From Spirochaetia bacterium (GTDB lineage: Bacteria > Spirochaetota > Leptospiria > Turneriellales > JAOUFE01), in contig JAOUFY010000001.1 of the NCBI GenBank assembly GCA_029857955.1, positions 31,929-95,928 on the forward strand: 64,000 nt of DNA. Reading direction: 5' to 3'. Made by a program: the position numbers and the translations under genes. Below, in pieces: positions 56,221 through 64,000 of the stretch (positions are counted from its first letter, which is position 1; each line of letters opens with the position of its first letter). The notes under the pieces are model-generated. The model saw only the letters and a list, made by a program, of their open reading frames with translations. It did no database searches and was not told where the DNA came from.

Positions 56221-56739
56221 TTATTGAATATTTACACCTGAGCTTTTATGACAATTTTGACAGCTTTCTAATATTTTTTGATTTGCCTGGTAAATGATAT
56301 TCCACTGTATTTCATCTTTATTTTTACTGTCGCTTACTTCTTTAAGATAGTCCAATATTGTATTGGATTCTGACTGAATCTTTAAAAGATCTTCGAGCAG
56401 CCCTTTTTTTTTCCATTTTTTAATCGTTGCAGCTATTGCGGTTTTATAATATACTGAGTCAGCTGTTTGAAGCGTCTTTAATCGCAGAAATAACGCTTCA
56501 AGTCGATCTGAATTATTTAAAGAGATCATCGAAGCGATGGTTCTTATGGTAATGTCCATTTCAATCATTTCAACACGAAGTGCTTTTTTTTCTTCTTTAC
56601 TGTAATCTATTGAAATTACTTTGTTCCTTGTTTGCCCCATAAGTTTGTTCATGTCGCCAACAAATATGAGCATGAAAACAGCGAAAGAAGTAAACGAATA
56701 TTTTTTATGAAAGCTACTCAATATTCCCAATTTCATCAT
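56221..56739 (-). CDS. Putative class II (cytochrome c'-like) monoheme cytochrome
   Basis: Hydrophobic N-terminus, a predicted helical body and a single CXXCH (CQNCH) about 10 residues from the C-terminus. Start uncertain. Confidence 0.45.
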   Translation of the reverse strand: MMKLGILSSFHKKYSFTSFAVFMLIFVGDMNKLMGQTRNKVISIDYSKEEKKALRVEMIEMDITIRTIASMISLNNSDRLEALFLRLKTLQTADSVYYKTAIAATIKKWKKKGLLEDLLKIQSESNTILDYLKEVSDSKNKDEIQWNIIYQANQKILESCQNCHKSSGVNIQ

Positions 56740-56950
56740 AATATTCGCAAACTGAGCCTCGGTAGACACTTGATGGGGTGTCAAATATTTAAAGTAAATA
56801 TTTTTTAAATTAAAAAACCCTGTATTGAGCTTGATAATCTAGCATGAAATTGCCGATAACATAAAGAAGATATATACTTTGGTTGTTAGTTATTATCTAA
56901 AAGTTAATACAACTAAATATTATTGTTCGAATTAAAACTGGAGATACACG

Positions 56951-58669
56951 ATGCAATGGTTTAAAAACTTAAAAATCAATACCAAATTACTGAGCGGATT
57001 CATTACAATTGCGCTTTTCGGCAGCGCTATTGGAATCATTGGTATTGATGGAATTAACACGGTTAATAATGCCGATACTTTTTTATATGAAAAAACCACC
57101 GTCCCCGTTGCTATAGTTGGCCGAATTTCCACCAATTTCCAAAGAATTAGAATTAACCTTAGAGACTATGTTTTTGCTAAAAACAGACAAGAAGCAGAAA
57201 AAGCTTTATCAACCATGGATGAATTAAAAAAAAATATAGATGCTGATATTGAAGCGTATAAAAAAACATACATTGATGAAAATGATGAAAAAAACTGGAA
57301 TGAATACATTGAATCAGTTCAGGCATACCGGGTTCAACAAGGTAAAATTAAAGCTCTAATTGAAAAAGGCGATAAAAATGGCGCTGAAGATATATTAGAC
57401 AGCAATGCTAAAAAAGCGGCTTTACAGGCAAATGATATATTATTTAACATCATGAAATTAAATGAGGATGCAGCAAAAGAAACATCTGATAAAAACACTG
57501 CATTAACCAATCGTACAATAACCATGATGACCATCATTGTTGTGATAGCGATGATCATTTCAGTAGTTTTAGGTATTTACATATCACAATTGATTAAAAA
57601 GTCACTGTATGAGGCGTCAAAAAGCGTTGATGCTATATCACACGGCGACCTGACAGTAAAAGCTGAAATTCATGGCAAAGATGAAATTGGTCAAATGATC
57701 AATGCCCTCAACGATATGGGCGTTAGTTTGTCAGACATGATGGGTAAAATCATCAACCATACTGAAAACGTATCAAGCGCAGCGCAGCAATTAAGCGCCA
57801 CAGCTCAAAACATGAGCCAGGGTTCAAACGAACAAGCCGCCAGTGTAGAAGAAACCAGTTCATCCATTGAAGAAATGACGGCCAGCATTACGCAAAACGC
57901 TGAAAACGCAAAAGTTACCCAGGGAATTTCAAACAAAGCTTCCATCGAAGCACAAGAAGGCGGAAAAGCCGTTATGGAAACCGTTAAAGCCATGAACCAG
58001 ATAGCCGAAAAAATTGGCATGGTTGAAGACATTGCCTACAATACAAACCTGCTTGCCTTAAATGCTGCGATCGAAGCGGCAAGGGCCGGCGAACATGGAA
58101 AGGGATTTGCCGTGGTAGCTTCTGAAGTTAGAAAACTGGCAGAACGAAGCCAAATTGCCGCAAAAGAAATCAGCGAATTGGCTGTTTCCAGCGTTAACAT
58201 TGCCGACAAGGCAGGTAAAATGCTTCAATCGATTGTTCCCAACATTCAAAAAACATCTGATCTGGTTGAAGAAATTTCTGCATCGTCTGACCAGCAGTCC
58301 AGCACTGTAAGTCAAATCAACGCTGCCATGGGGCAACTTGACAGCGTAACCAATCAAAATGCCTCGGGAGCAGAAGAATTGGCGGCAACAGCCGAAGAGT
58401 TAACCGGCTCGGTAGAATCTCTTCGCGATCTGGTCAGCTTTTTTAAAATTGAAGGACTTGATAATTCAAGAAGAAAATCCAGCGCAAACCAGCCTAATCA
58501 TGAAAACCTGAACCGGCCAAAACAAAATCAACCGGTTAAATCTCAGCCATCGCCCAGAAAACCAATAGCGATGGAAAGTAAACCCGGAGCTGAAGAAAAT
58601 TCAAATTTAAACGAAGGCGACAAAAAAACACCCAAAACTGTTAATAAAAGAGATTTTGAAAAGTTTTAG
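56951..58669 (+). CDS. Methyl-accepting chemotaxis protein (4HB sensor, HAMP, MA domain)
   Basis: Conserved hairpin [42 protein letters not shown]. Two TM. Disordered tail ending DFEKF. Confidence 0.9.
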   Translation: MQWFKNLKINTKLLSGFITIALFGSAIGIIGIDGINTVNNADTFLYEKTTVPVAIVGRISTNFQRIRINLRDYVFAKNRQEAEKALSTMDELKKNIDADIEAYKKTYIDENDEKNWNEYIESVQAYRVQQGKIKALIEKGDKNGAEDILDSNAKKAALQANDILFNIMKLNEDAAKETSDKNTALTNRTITMMTIIVVIAMIISVVLGIYISQLIKKSLYEASKSVDAISHGDLTVKAEIHGKDEIGQMINALNDMGVSLSDMMGKIINHTENVSSAAQQLSATAQNMSQGSNEQAASVEETSSSIEEMTASITQNAENAKVTQGISNKASIEAQEGGKAVMETVKAMNQIAEKIGMVEDIAYNTNLLALNAAIEAARAGEHGKGFAVVASEVRKLAERSQIAAKEISELAVSSVNIADKAGKMLQSIVPNIQKTSDLVEEISASSDQQSSTVSQINAAMGQLDSVTNQNASGAEELAATAEELTGSVESLRDLVSFFKIEGLDNSRRKSSANQPNHENLNRPKQNQPVKSQPSPRKPIAMESKPGAEENSNLNEGDKKTPKTVNKRDFEKF

Positions 58670-58731
58670 TCAGCATATCGATAAGAGCTTTTCATTTTTG
58701 GCGCTGATTCAGTTACATAAATATTTTAAAT

Positions 58732-59931
58732 TTAATTTAATGGAAATAACATTTTAGTTTCATCATATGTCATTACCTGATTATGGCCATTGATTTTCGC
58801 TAAATGCAATGCTTTATTTGATTTTCGCATTAAATCAGTTAAAGTATCGCCGAAGCGGTATTGAGCAACTCCGATACTTACTGTAATTTTAATATCTTTT
58901 TGAGAACCAAATTCAGATTTATCAATGAGAGTTCTTAAATCTTCCGCTAAAACAAGAACTTCATTTATTTTTAAATTAGATACAATAATTGTAAACTCCT
59001 CATTACCGCTTCGCGTTAGTAAATCGCTTTTTCTCATTCTGGATTTTATTTTTTTAGCGGCATGAATGATCACTAAATCTCCTTCAAGAAGACTGAATTT
59101 TTCATTGATGGTTTTAAAGAAATCAATATCCAGAATTAACAGCGAGATGGTTTGTCCGTACCGCTGGCATTTGAGTATTTTTTGTTCAGCCAAATCAACG
59201 AAGGATTGCCGACTTCTAAGTCCAGTAAGGTTATCCTTTTTTGCCAACGCCAGCAATTCTTTTTCAGCATGTATTCGTTGTACAATTTCTTGCTCTAGCC
59301 TGGTATTTATTTTTTGTTCAATCATTCGACCCATATATTCAATTCTGCAGGAATAGTTTATATTCCTGTTATAAACGATTCCTGTAATATTTATAAAAAT
59401 AAAAACATATAAAAGAGCCTGTAAAGATGAAGAATCCAGTTCACTATAAAATAAATGGGGCAAGATAATTATTATCGAAGCCGGAATTGCAGATAATAAA
59501 GAATACAAAAATCGTTGTCTTATTAAAAAATACATCGCCATGATGACCATTATTTCGCTTAAGGCAGAAGTTAAAGAAAAATTTTTCATCATGAACATGA
59601 TAAGTACGGTAATGATTGTTATAAAGTTTGCCAGAACAAACAAAAACCAGTGAAAGACAACCGGATCTTTCCTGGTTTGTATAATTAAAACAAAGGACAA
59701 GGCCGTAATACAAAAAATAATTCGCGCAGCAAAAGAAAAAATAAACACTTTATTGATACCCGATTTTAACAAATCAGGTATGGTAAACATCATTACAGCA
59801 AAAACACCAATAAACACCATTTTTTTAAAAAAAATAAACTGCTCATGATAGTTCCATTTTAAAAATTCTTTTTCTTGAGCCGGATTTTTAAATGTAACAA
59901 AAAGCGGATGAATTTGATTTATTACGGGCAT
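58732..59931 (-). CDS. Membrane-bound GGDEF-domain protein with degenerate active site (GNEEF)
   Basis: About 7 N-terminal TM. RKSD I-site retained. GNEEF at nt 58993-59007 replaces GG(D/E)EF. Confidence 0.75.
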   Translation of the reverse strand: MPVINQIHPLFVTFKNPAQEKEFLKWNYHEQFIFFKKMVFIGVFAVMMFTIPDLLKSGINKVFIFSFAARIIFCITALSFVLIIQTRKDPVVFHWFLFVLANFITIITVLIMFMMKNFSLTSALSEIMVIMAMYFLIRQRFLYSLLSAIPASIIIILPHLFYSELDSSSLQALLYVFIFINITGIVYNRNINYSCRIEYMGRMIEQKINTRLEQEIVQRIHAEKELLALAKKDNLTGLRSRQSFVDLAEQKILKCQRYGQTISLLILDIDFFKTINEKFSLLEGDLVIIHAAKKIKSRMRKSDLLTRSGNEEFTIIVSNLKINEVLVLAEDLRTLIDKSEFGSQKDIKITVSIGVAQYRFGDTLTDLMRKSNKALHLAKINGHNQVMTYDETKMLFPLN

Positions 59932-60003
59932 AATATTTATAATACATATTTTTTTAGACTTATGCTAATTATAGGCATTATTATATTAAATTCTAATATA
60001 AAA

Positions 60004-60053
60004 GGGGGCCGATGTTATTTAAAAACCAGCGGCAATCCGTAACATCAACCCCC
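60004..60053. repeat. GC-capped hairpin repeat / terminator-like element
   Basis: GGGGGCCGATGTTA (60004-60017) versus TAACATCAACCCCC (60040-60053), 12 of 14 positions paired. ATCAACCCC also occurs at 29550-29558. Confidence 0.5.
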
Positions 60054-60121
60054 TCGCTTCATCAAATTTATATATAAATTTATTCATAAATTGTGATTCA
60101 GCTACCCCCAACCAATTGATC

Positions 60122-61084
60122 TTATAAAGAAATTATATCAATTCGATTTTTTAAAGCTTCAATAGTAATTGAAGTAAACTGTTTTTCTGCAGCAAATTCT
60201 GTAATGATGTCGCCGTCGACTTGAATCATAAAGGGTTGTTTTGATGACAAATGAAATAAATGTGAAGCCATGTATTGAACTTTTTTTTGATCTATGTGAC
60301 TACCATTTGAGGCTTTTAACATAATTTGCAGGGTTTTTAAAAAACCGCAATTTCGAATCATTAATAGATGCAATTTACCATCGTCAATCTTTGCGTCTGG
60401 TAAAAAAAGACGCCCTGTTGACCAGAATCTGATTTTTGAAAAAAGCAGTGAAATATAATCGTCGAATAGCTCAATTGTTTTTTTAGTATTGATATCCACA
60501 TAACTTATCGTAAACTTAATCGGTAAAAATTTTGTGAAAAAGGCATTGTACATACCTGAAACTCCCGCTATCAGTTGGTTTTTACGAAATACATGGCTGC
60601 TTTTTTGAAAATTACTTACATAGCGATTTACAAAAACGCCGATACCAACGTTGGCCTGCCCCGGAAAATAATATGAAAATCCATTTTTACCGCTGATTTT
60701 TCCAACGTCCATTTTTTTTGAAATACCGCGCGAAATTGCTGTGACAGAATCTTCAACAGAATACATTTTCATTTCTCTGGCAATGTCATCTGATGAGCCA
60801 AGCGGAATTACACACACGGGAACATTGACTCTTGCGCGGATCATCTCGTTGATAAGGATTGTAAAGGTTGAATCTCCTCCGGCGGTTGAGATTGAATTTA
60901 ACTGCTTAACTTTGGATTTTAAAAGATTTTTTCTGATTTGTTGCCGAAGGTGATCTTCGCTTTCTGTAACGATTAATTCATAATTTACGTTATGTTTTAC
61001 AAGTATTTGCTCAAGATACTCTTTGGAATTCAGCGACCTGCTTTGCCCTGAACTTGGATTAAACAAGATAAGATTTTTTTTCAT
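60122..61084 (-). CDS. Diacylglycerol kinase catalytic-domain lipid kinase (YegS/LCB5-like)
   Basis: NPSSGQ N-terminus and a GGDST variant of the GGDGT motif. About 320 aa. Confidence 0.7.
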   Translation of the reverse strand: MKKNLILFNPSSGQSRSLNSKEYLEQILVKHNVNYELIVTESEDHLRQQIRKNLLKSKVKQLNSISTAGGDSTFTILINEMIRARVNVPVCVIPLGSSDDIAREMKMYSVEDSVTAISRGISKKMDVGKISGKNGFSYYFPGQANVGIGVFVNRYVSNFQKSSHVFRKNQLIAGVSGMYNAFFTKFLPIKFTISYVDINTKKTIELFDDYISLLFSKIRFWSTGRLFLPDAKIDDGKLHLLMIRNCGFLKTLQIMLKASNGSHIDQKKVQYMASHLFHLSSKQPFMIQVDGDIITEFAAEKQFTSITIEALKNRIDIISL

Positions 61085-61174
61085 CTTCGATGTATTTTTG
61101 TATGCAAAACGCCCTGCATATAAAAATTTGTTGCAAATGATCTTATCATCCTTTGCATCAGGCGAACTTACAAA

Positions 61175-62497
61175 ATGAAGAAAAAAATTGAAAATAACAT
61201 CACCTTGACAGTTCTTATTTTTTACAGTCTTCCCATGGTAGCCGGCGGTTTAATGAACATGCTGGTCTCGTTTTACTTGATGAAGTTTTCAACAGATGCG
61301 CTTTTAATTGCTCCCGCCGCTATGGGTTTGCTTTTTCTCATTTCTCGTATATGGGATGCTGTAAACGATCCGATTGTTGGCTATTTAAGCGATCATACCA
61401 ACAGCCGCTTTGGCCGCCGCAAAATCTGGATTTTAAGTTCTGCTGTTCCTGTCGGCGTCTTTTTTTATCTTTTATGGATGCCGCCTGCTTATTTAAAAAC
61501 CTTCTGGATGGGTTTTGCTTTGATTGGTTTTTATACGGTTTTTACAACCCTCTATGTACCGCATTATTCCTTAGGAGCCGAGCTTACTTCAGATCATCAT
61601 ACCAGGCACAGAGTCTATGGCGCGCGAGCAATTGCCGAAAATCTGGGTATTTTTCTGGCTGTAGGTGTTTTACAATTACTGCCAGATACCTCATATGCCC
61701 GTATGCGAACTCCCTGGATCATGTTCATTGTTGCCGTAATTTCCATCGCTTTTATTGTCTCCATGCATTTTTTTGTTAAAGAAGATAGCAGTCATAAACC
61801 AAAACCGGAAAGCTTTATACATTCTGCGACCAGTGTTTTTAAAAATCCTCATGCAAGACTGATTTTAATTGCCGGATTTTTCGGTCAGCTGGGCGCCGCC
61901 GTTATATTTGGAATGACACTGTACTTTGCCGAATACGTTTTGCTTTCGCCCTCCTCCGGCAATGTTGTGGTGGGAATTTTTATTCTTTGCGCATCGGCAA
62001 GCGTTCCTGTATGGATTTATCTGTTAAAACACTTTGAGAAAAAAACCATATGGATTTCCTCTAATTTAATTTTAGCCATGTGCTTTGCTATGACATTTAC
62101 TCTTACAAAAGAAAACATAAGCACTCTTTATTTAATTTCTATTTTCGCCGGAACGGCTTCCGGTTCTATTTTATTCATTCACCCTTCTGCATTGGCAGAC
62201 ACCATTGACTATGAAGAACTTATGAGCAGTAAAAAATCACAGGGAATTTATTTTGCTATTTTTACATTTGTAAACAAATCTGCGATGGCAATTGGAGCGA
62301 TGGCCATTGGCCTTATGTTATCTTTTGGAGACTTTAAACCCAATCTGCCTCAAACAGACCAATCTTTGTTTTTTATACGAATTACCTATGCGCTTTTTCC
62401 TCCTGTAAGTTTTATCATTGCTGCTGTTTTACTGACCTTTTATTCATTAAGCCGAGAAGAACATACGCGCATTCGTAACGAAATAAGTAAAAGATAA
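61175..62497 (+). CDS. MFS transporter, glycoside-pentoside-hexuronide (MFS_2)-like
   Basis: 12 TM. WDAVNDPIVGYLSDHTNSRFGRRKIW motif typical of GPH/MFS_2 carriers. Confidence 0.8.
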   Translation: MKKKIENNITLTVLIFYSLPMVAGGLMNMLVSFYLMKFSTDALLIAPAAMGLLFLISRIWDAVNDPIVGYLSDHTNSRFGRRKIWILSSAVPVGVFFYLLWMPPAYLKTFWMGFALIGFYTVFTTLYVPHYSLGAELTSDHHTRHRVYGARAIAENLGIFLAVGVLQLLPDTSYARMRTPWIMFIVAVISIAFIVSMHFFVKEDSSHKPKPESFIHSATSVFKNPHARLILIAGFFGQLGAAVIFGMTLYFAEYVLLSPSSGNVVVGIFILCASASVPVWIYLLKHFEKKTIWISSNLILAMCFAMTFTLTKENISTLYLISIFAGTASGSILFIHPSALADTIDYEELMSSKKSQGIYFAIFTFVNKSAMAIGAMAIGLMLSFGDFKPNLPQTDQSLFFIRITYALFPPVSFIIAAVLLTFYSLSREEHTRIRNEISKR

Positions 62498-62598
62498 AAA
62501 AAAATAAATTCTCATTTAAAAAACATTTTTTACAAACTGGTTTTGTTATATTTAATATAATAATGATAAAATAAATAAATGGTACTGTATAAATTATT

Positions 62599-63336
62599 AT
62601 GAAAAATAAAGTAGATGTAATTCTTGTTTCAGATATACATTTGGGCGCCAGTCATTGTCATGCAAAAGAACTTCAGAACATGCTGGAGTCGTATGTTTTT
62701 AAAAAATTAATTCTTGTCGGCGATGTATTTCAGCACGGTAATTTTGACAGATTGCATAAAATAGACCGTCTTGATAAAACCCAGTGGAATGTTCTTTCCA
62801 TGTTAAGAAAGTTAACAGACCCTGAAATGGACGTTGAAGTTATCTGGATTGAAGGAAATCACGACTGGAAAGTGTTAAACATAATCGGCGCAATGCTGGG
62901 TATACCTATTTTTGATGAATATGTATGGCAATCGAATGGTAAAAAATTTTTAGCCATTCATGGACATCAATTTGATCTTTTGCTGCCAAAAAATGAATTG
63001 ATCAACAAAGCAGGACAAAATATAAATTTATTTATGCAAAAGCACTTTCATAAAAAATTTACCAGGTTAATATCGAAAATCGGCAAAAAATTTTCACGTT
63101 CCATTGAATTTGTTCGAAACGGCGCCATTTCCTATGCTAACGACAAACACTGCGACTATGTTTTTTGCGGGCATACACATTTTCCTGAATCCATAACAAA
63201 GGTTATGAATGATAAAAAAATTACATATTTAAATTGCGGAACATGGGCTGATGGAGCCAAACTTTCTTACATAACCATTACAAATGACGAGGTATATTTA
63301 CACGATTACCCTTACTTAAAAATCGCAAGGGGGTAG
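62599..63336 (+). CDS. Calcineurin-like metallophosphoesterase (LpxH-like fold; function unassigned)
   Basis: SDIHLG, GDVFQ, GNHD, HGHQFD and GHTH metal-ligand blocks. Confidence 0.7.
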   Translation: MKNKVDVILVSDIHLGASHCHAKELQNMLESYVFKKLILVGDVFQHGNFDRLHKIDRLDKTQWNVLSMLRKLTDPEMDVEVIWIEGNHDWKVLNIIGAMLGIPIFDEYVWQSNGKKFLAIHGHQFDLLLPKNELINKAGQNINLFMQKHFHKKFTRLISKIGKKFSRSIEFVRNGAISYANDKHCDYVFCGHTHFPESITKVMNDKKITYLNCGTWADGAKLSYITITNDEVYLHDYPYLKIARG

Positions 63337-63409
63337 TGAAGGCCTTAAAGGCCGAAACGAGGGGGGTGCTTCATAAATATCATTTCAGCGATCATCACTC
63401 ACAACCCCC
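63329..63409. repeat. GC-rich palindromic repeat overlapping the stop codon of the phosphoesterase gene
   Basis: GGGGGTAGTGA...GGCCttaaaGGCC...GAGGGGGG...TCACTCACAACCCCC. Shares GGGGGTAG and GGCCGA..GGGGG with 8911-9008. Confidence 0.45.
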
Positions 63410-63430
63410 TGAAAATGTTGTATCAAAAAA

Positions 63431-63874
63431 TTAAAGCAGGTTACGCATTAAAATAGCGGCAACCAGAGAAAGAATGGCATAAAACTCCGGAAACGCTGCT
63501 AAAATAAACGTATTACCGAAAACATCATGTCCGCTTCCTATGGCAGAAATACCTGCCGCGCAAATTTTTCCCTGTTGAATTGCAGAAACAAGAGTAACCA
63601 GCCCAAGAGCAAGACCTGCGCCAAAAACAACTGCCCCCTGAAACAATGTTAAATTGGCATTCATGGATTCATTGTACATGATGAAGGCCACAAATCCATA
63701 TAAACCCTGAGTCGCCGGTAAAGCTGATAAAATTAATCCGTTTGCAAACTTATCCGGAGTTTTTTTCATCATTCCAATTACTGCAGATCCGCCAATCACC
63801 AATCCAATGGCTGAGCCGGTACCTGATAAACCAACCATTAATCCTAATCCAGTCAAAGCTAAAATTACACTCAT
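63431..63874 (-). CDS. ntpK: V-type ATP synthase proteolipid subunit K
   Basis: 147-aa, four-helix, Gly/Ala-rich proteolipid. Acidic residue in the last helix (AAFPEFYAIL). Follows a subunit I gene. Confidence 0.8.
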   Translation of the reverse strand: MSVILALTGLGLMVGLSGTGSAIGLVIGGSAVIGMMKKTPDKFANGLILSALPATQGLYGFVAFIMYNESMNANLTLFQGAVVFGAGLALGLVTLVSAIQQGKICAAGISAIGSGHDVFGNTFILAAFPEFYAILSLVAAILMRNLL

Positions 63875-63891
63875 ATATACACCTTAATCCC

Positions 63892-63999
63892 TTATTTTTC
63901 TAACGTAAAGGGTGTAAACGGTTTTCCGCCACCCTCAAACTGTAAATTTTTATAAAATTCAACAAATGTAAGCCTGAGCGAATGTACAAATGCTCCCAA
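63892..63999 (-). CDS. ntpI: V-type ATP synthase subunit I, C-terminal fragment (gene continues beyond the window)
   Basis: My own translation, LGAFVHSLRLTFVEFYKNLQFEGGGKPFTPFTLEK-stop, matches the conserved subunit I C-terminus (SLRL..VEF...F.GGG.PF.PF). Confidence 0.55.
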   Translation of the reverse strand: MGAFVHSLRLTFVEFYKNLQFEGGGKPFTPFTLEK

Positions 64000-64000
64000 C

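Noticed and set aside
61351-61779. A 142-aa Cys/Arg-rich ORF in an alternative plus-strand frame within the MFS transporter gene.
   Set aside because: It is an overlapping frame of a gene with clear 12-TM MFS features, and its composition is atypical for a real protein.
1-64000. CRISPR arrays, prophage, transposase or IS elements, retrons or DGRs, and toxin-antitoxin pairs.
   Set aside because: No regularly spaced direct repeats were found. No recombinase, reverse transcriptase or capsid-like ORFs are present. The only AbrB/MazE-fold gene (17009-17263) is followed by hgcA, not by a toxin.

Overview
AT-rich (by eye about one-third G+C, not computed) chromosomal segment of an unidentified diderm, motile, probably anaerobic bacterium. 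Supporting genes are Mla, LpxA and Lol-like envelope genes, an MCP, KorAB, a multiheme cytochrome and a V-type ATPase. I see no transposase, integrase, phage gene or CRISPR array. About 60 genes are supported, mostly housekeeping or signalling: clpC-rsmH, MocR plus a PNPOx-family gene, umuDC plus an SRAP peptidase, mlaEFD, ilvBN, korAB, dgt, lepB, two hemerythrins, and tRNA-Tyr and tRNA-Thr. The clearest notable call is an intact hgcA-hgcB mercury-methylation pair (17274-18667). It is co-operonic with an upstream Cys-rich AbrB/SpoVT-like gene and flanked by redox and Cys-rich genes. Candidates for uncharacterised systems: (i) two paralogous polytopic membrane proteins translationally coupled to a 7TMR-DISM kinase-receiver-PP2C sensor, downstream of a roughly 15-heme cytochrome; (ii) a Lol-like five-gene envelope cluster split by a perfect 22-bp hairpin, next to two tandem 352-aa outer-membrane-protein paralogs; (iii) a vWA-TM-FHA protein coupled to dGTPase. 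Several families of GC-rich palindromic intergenic repeats stand out against the AT-rich background. All protein calls rest on motifs read from the supplied translations. No database search was possible, and hand-derived coordinates of non-ORF features may be off by 1-2 nt.
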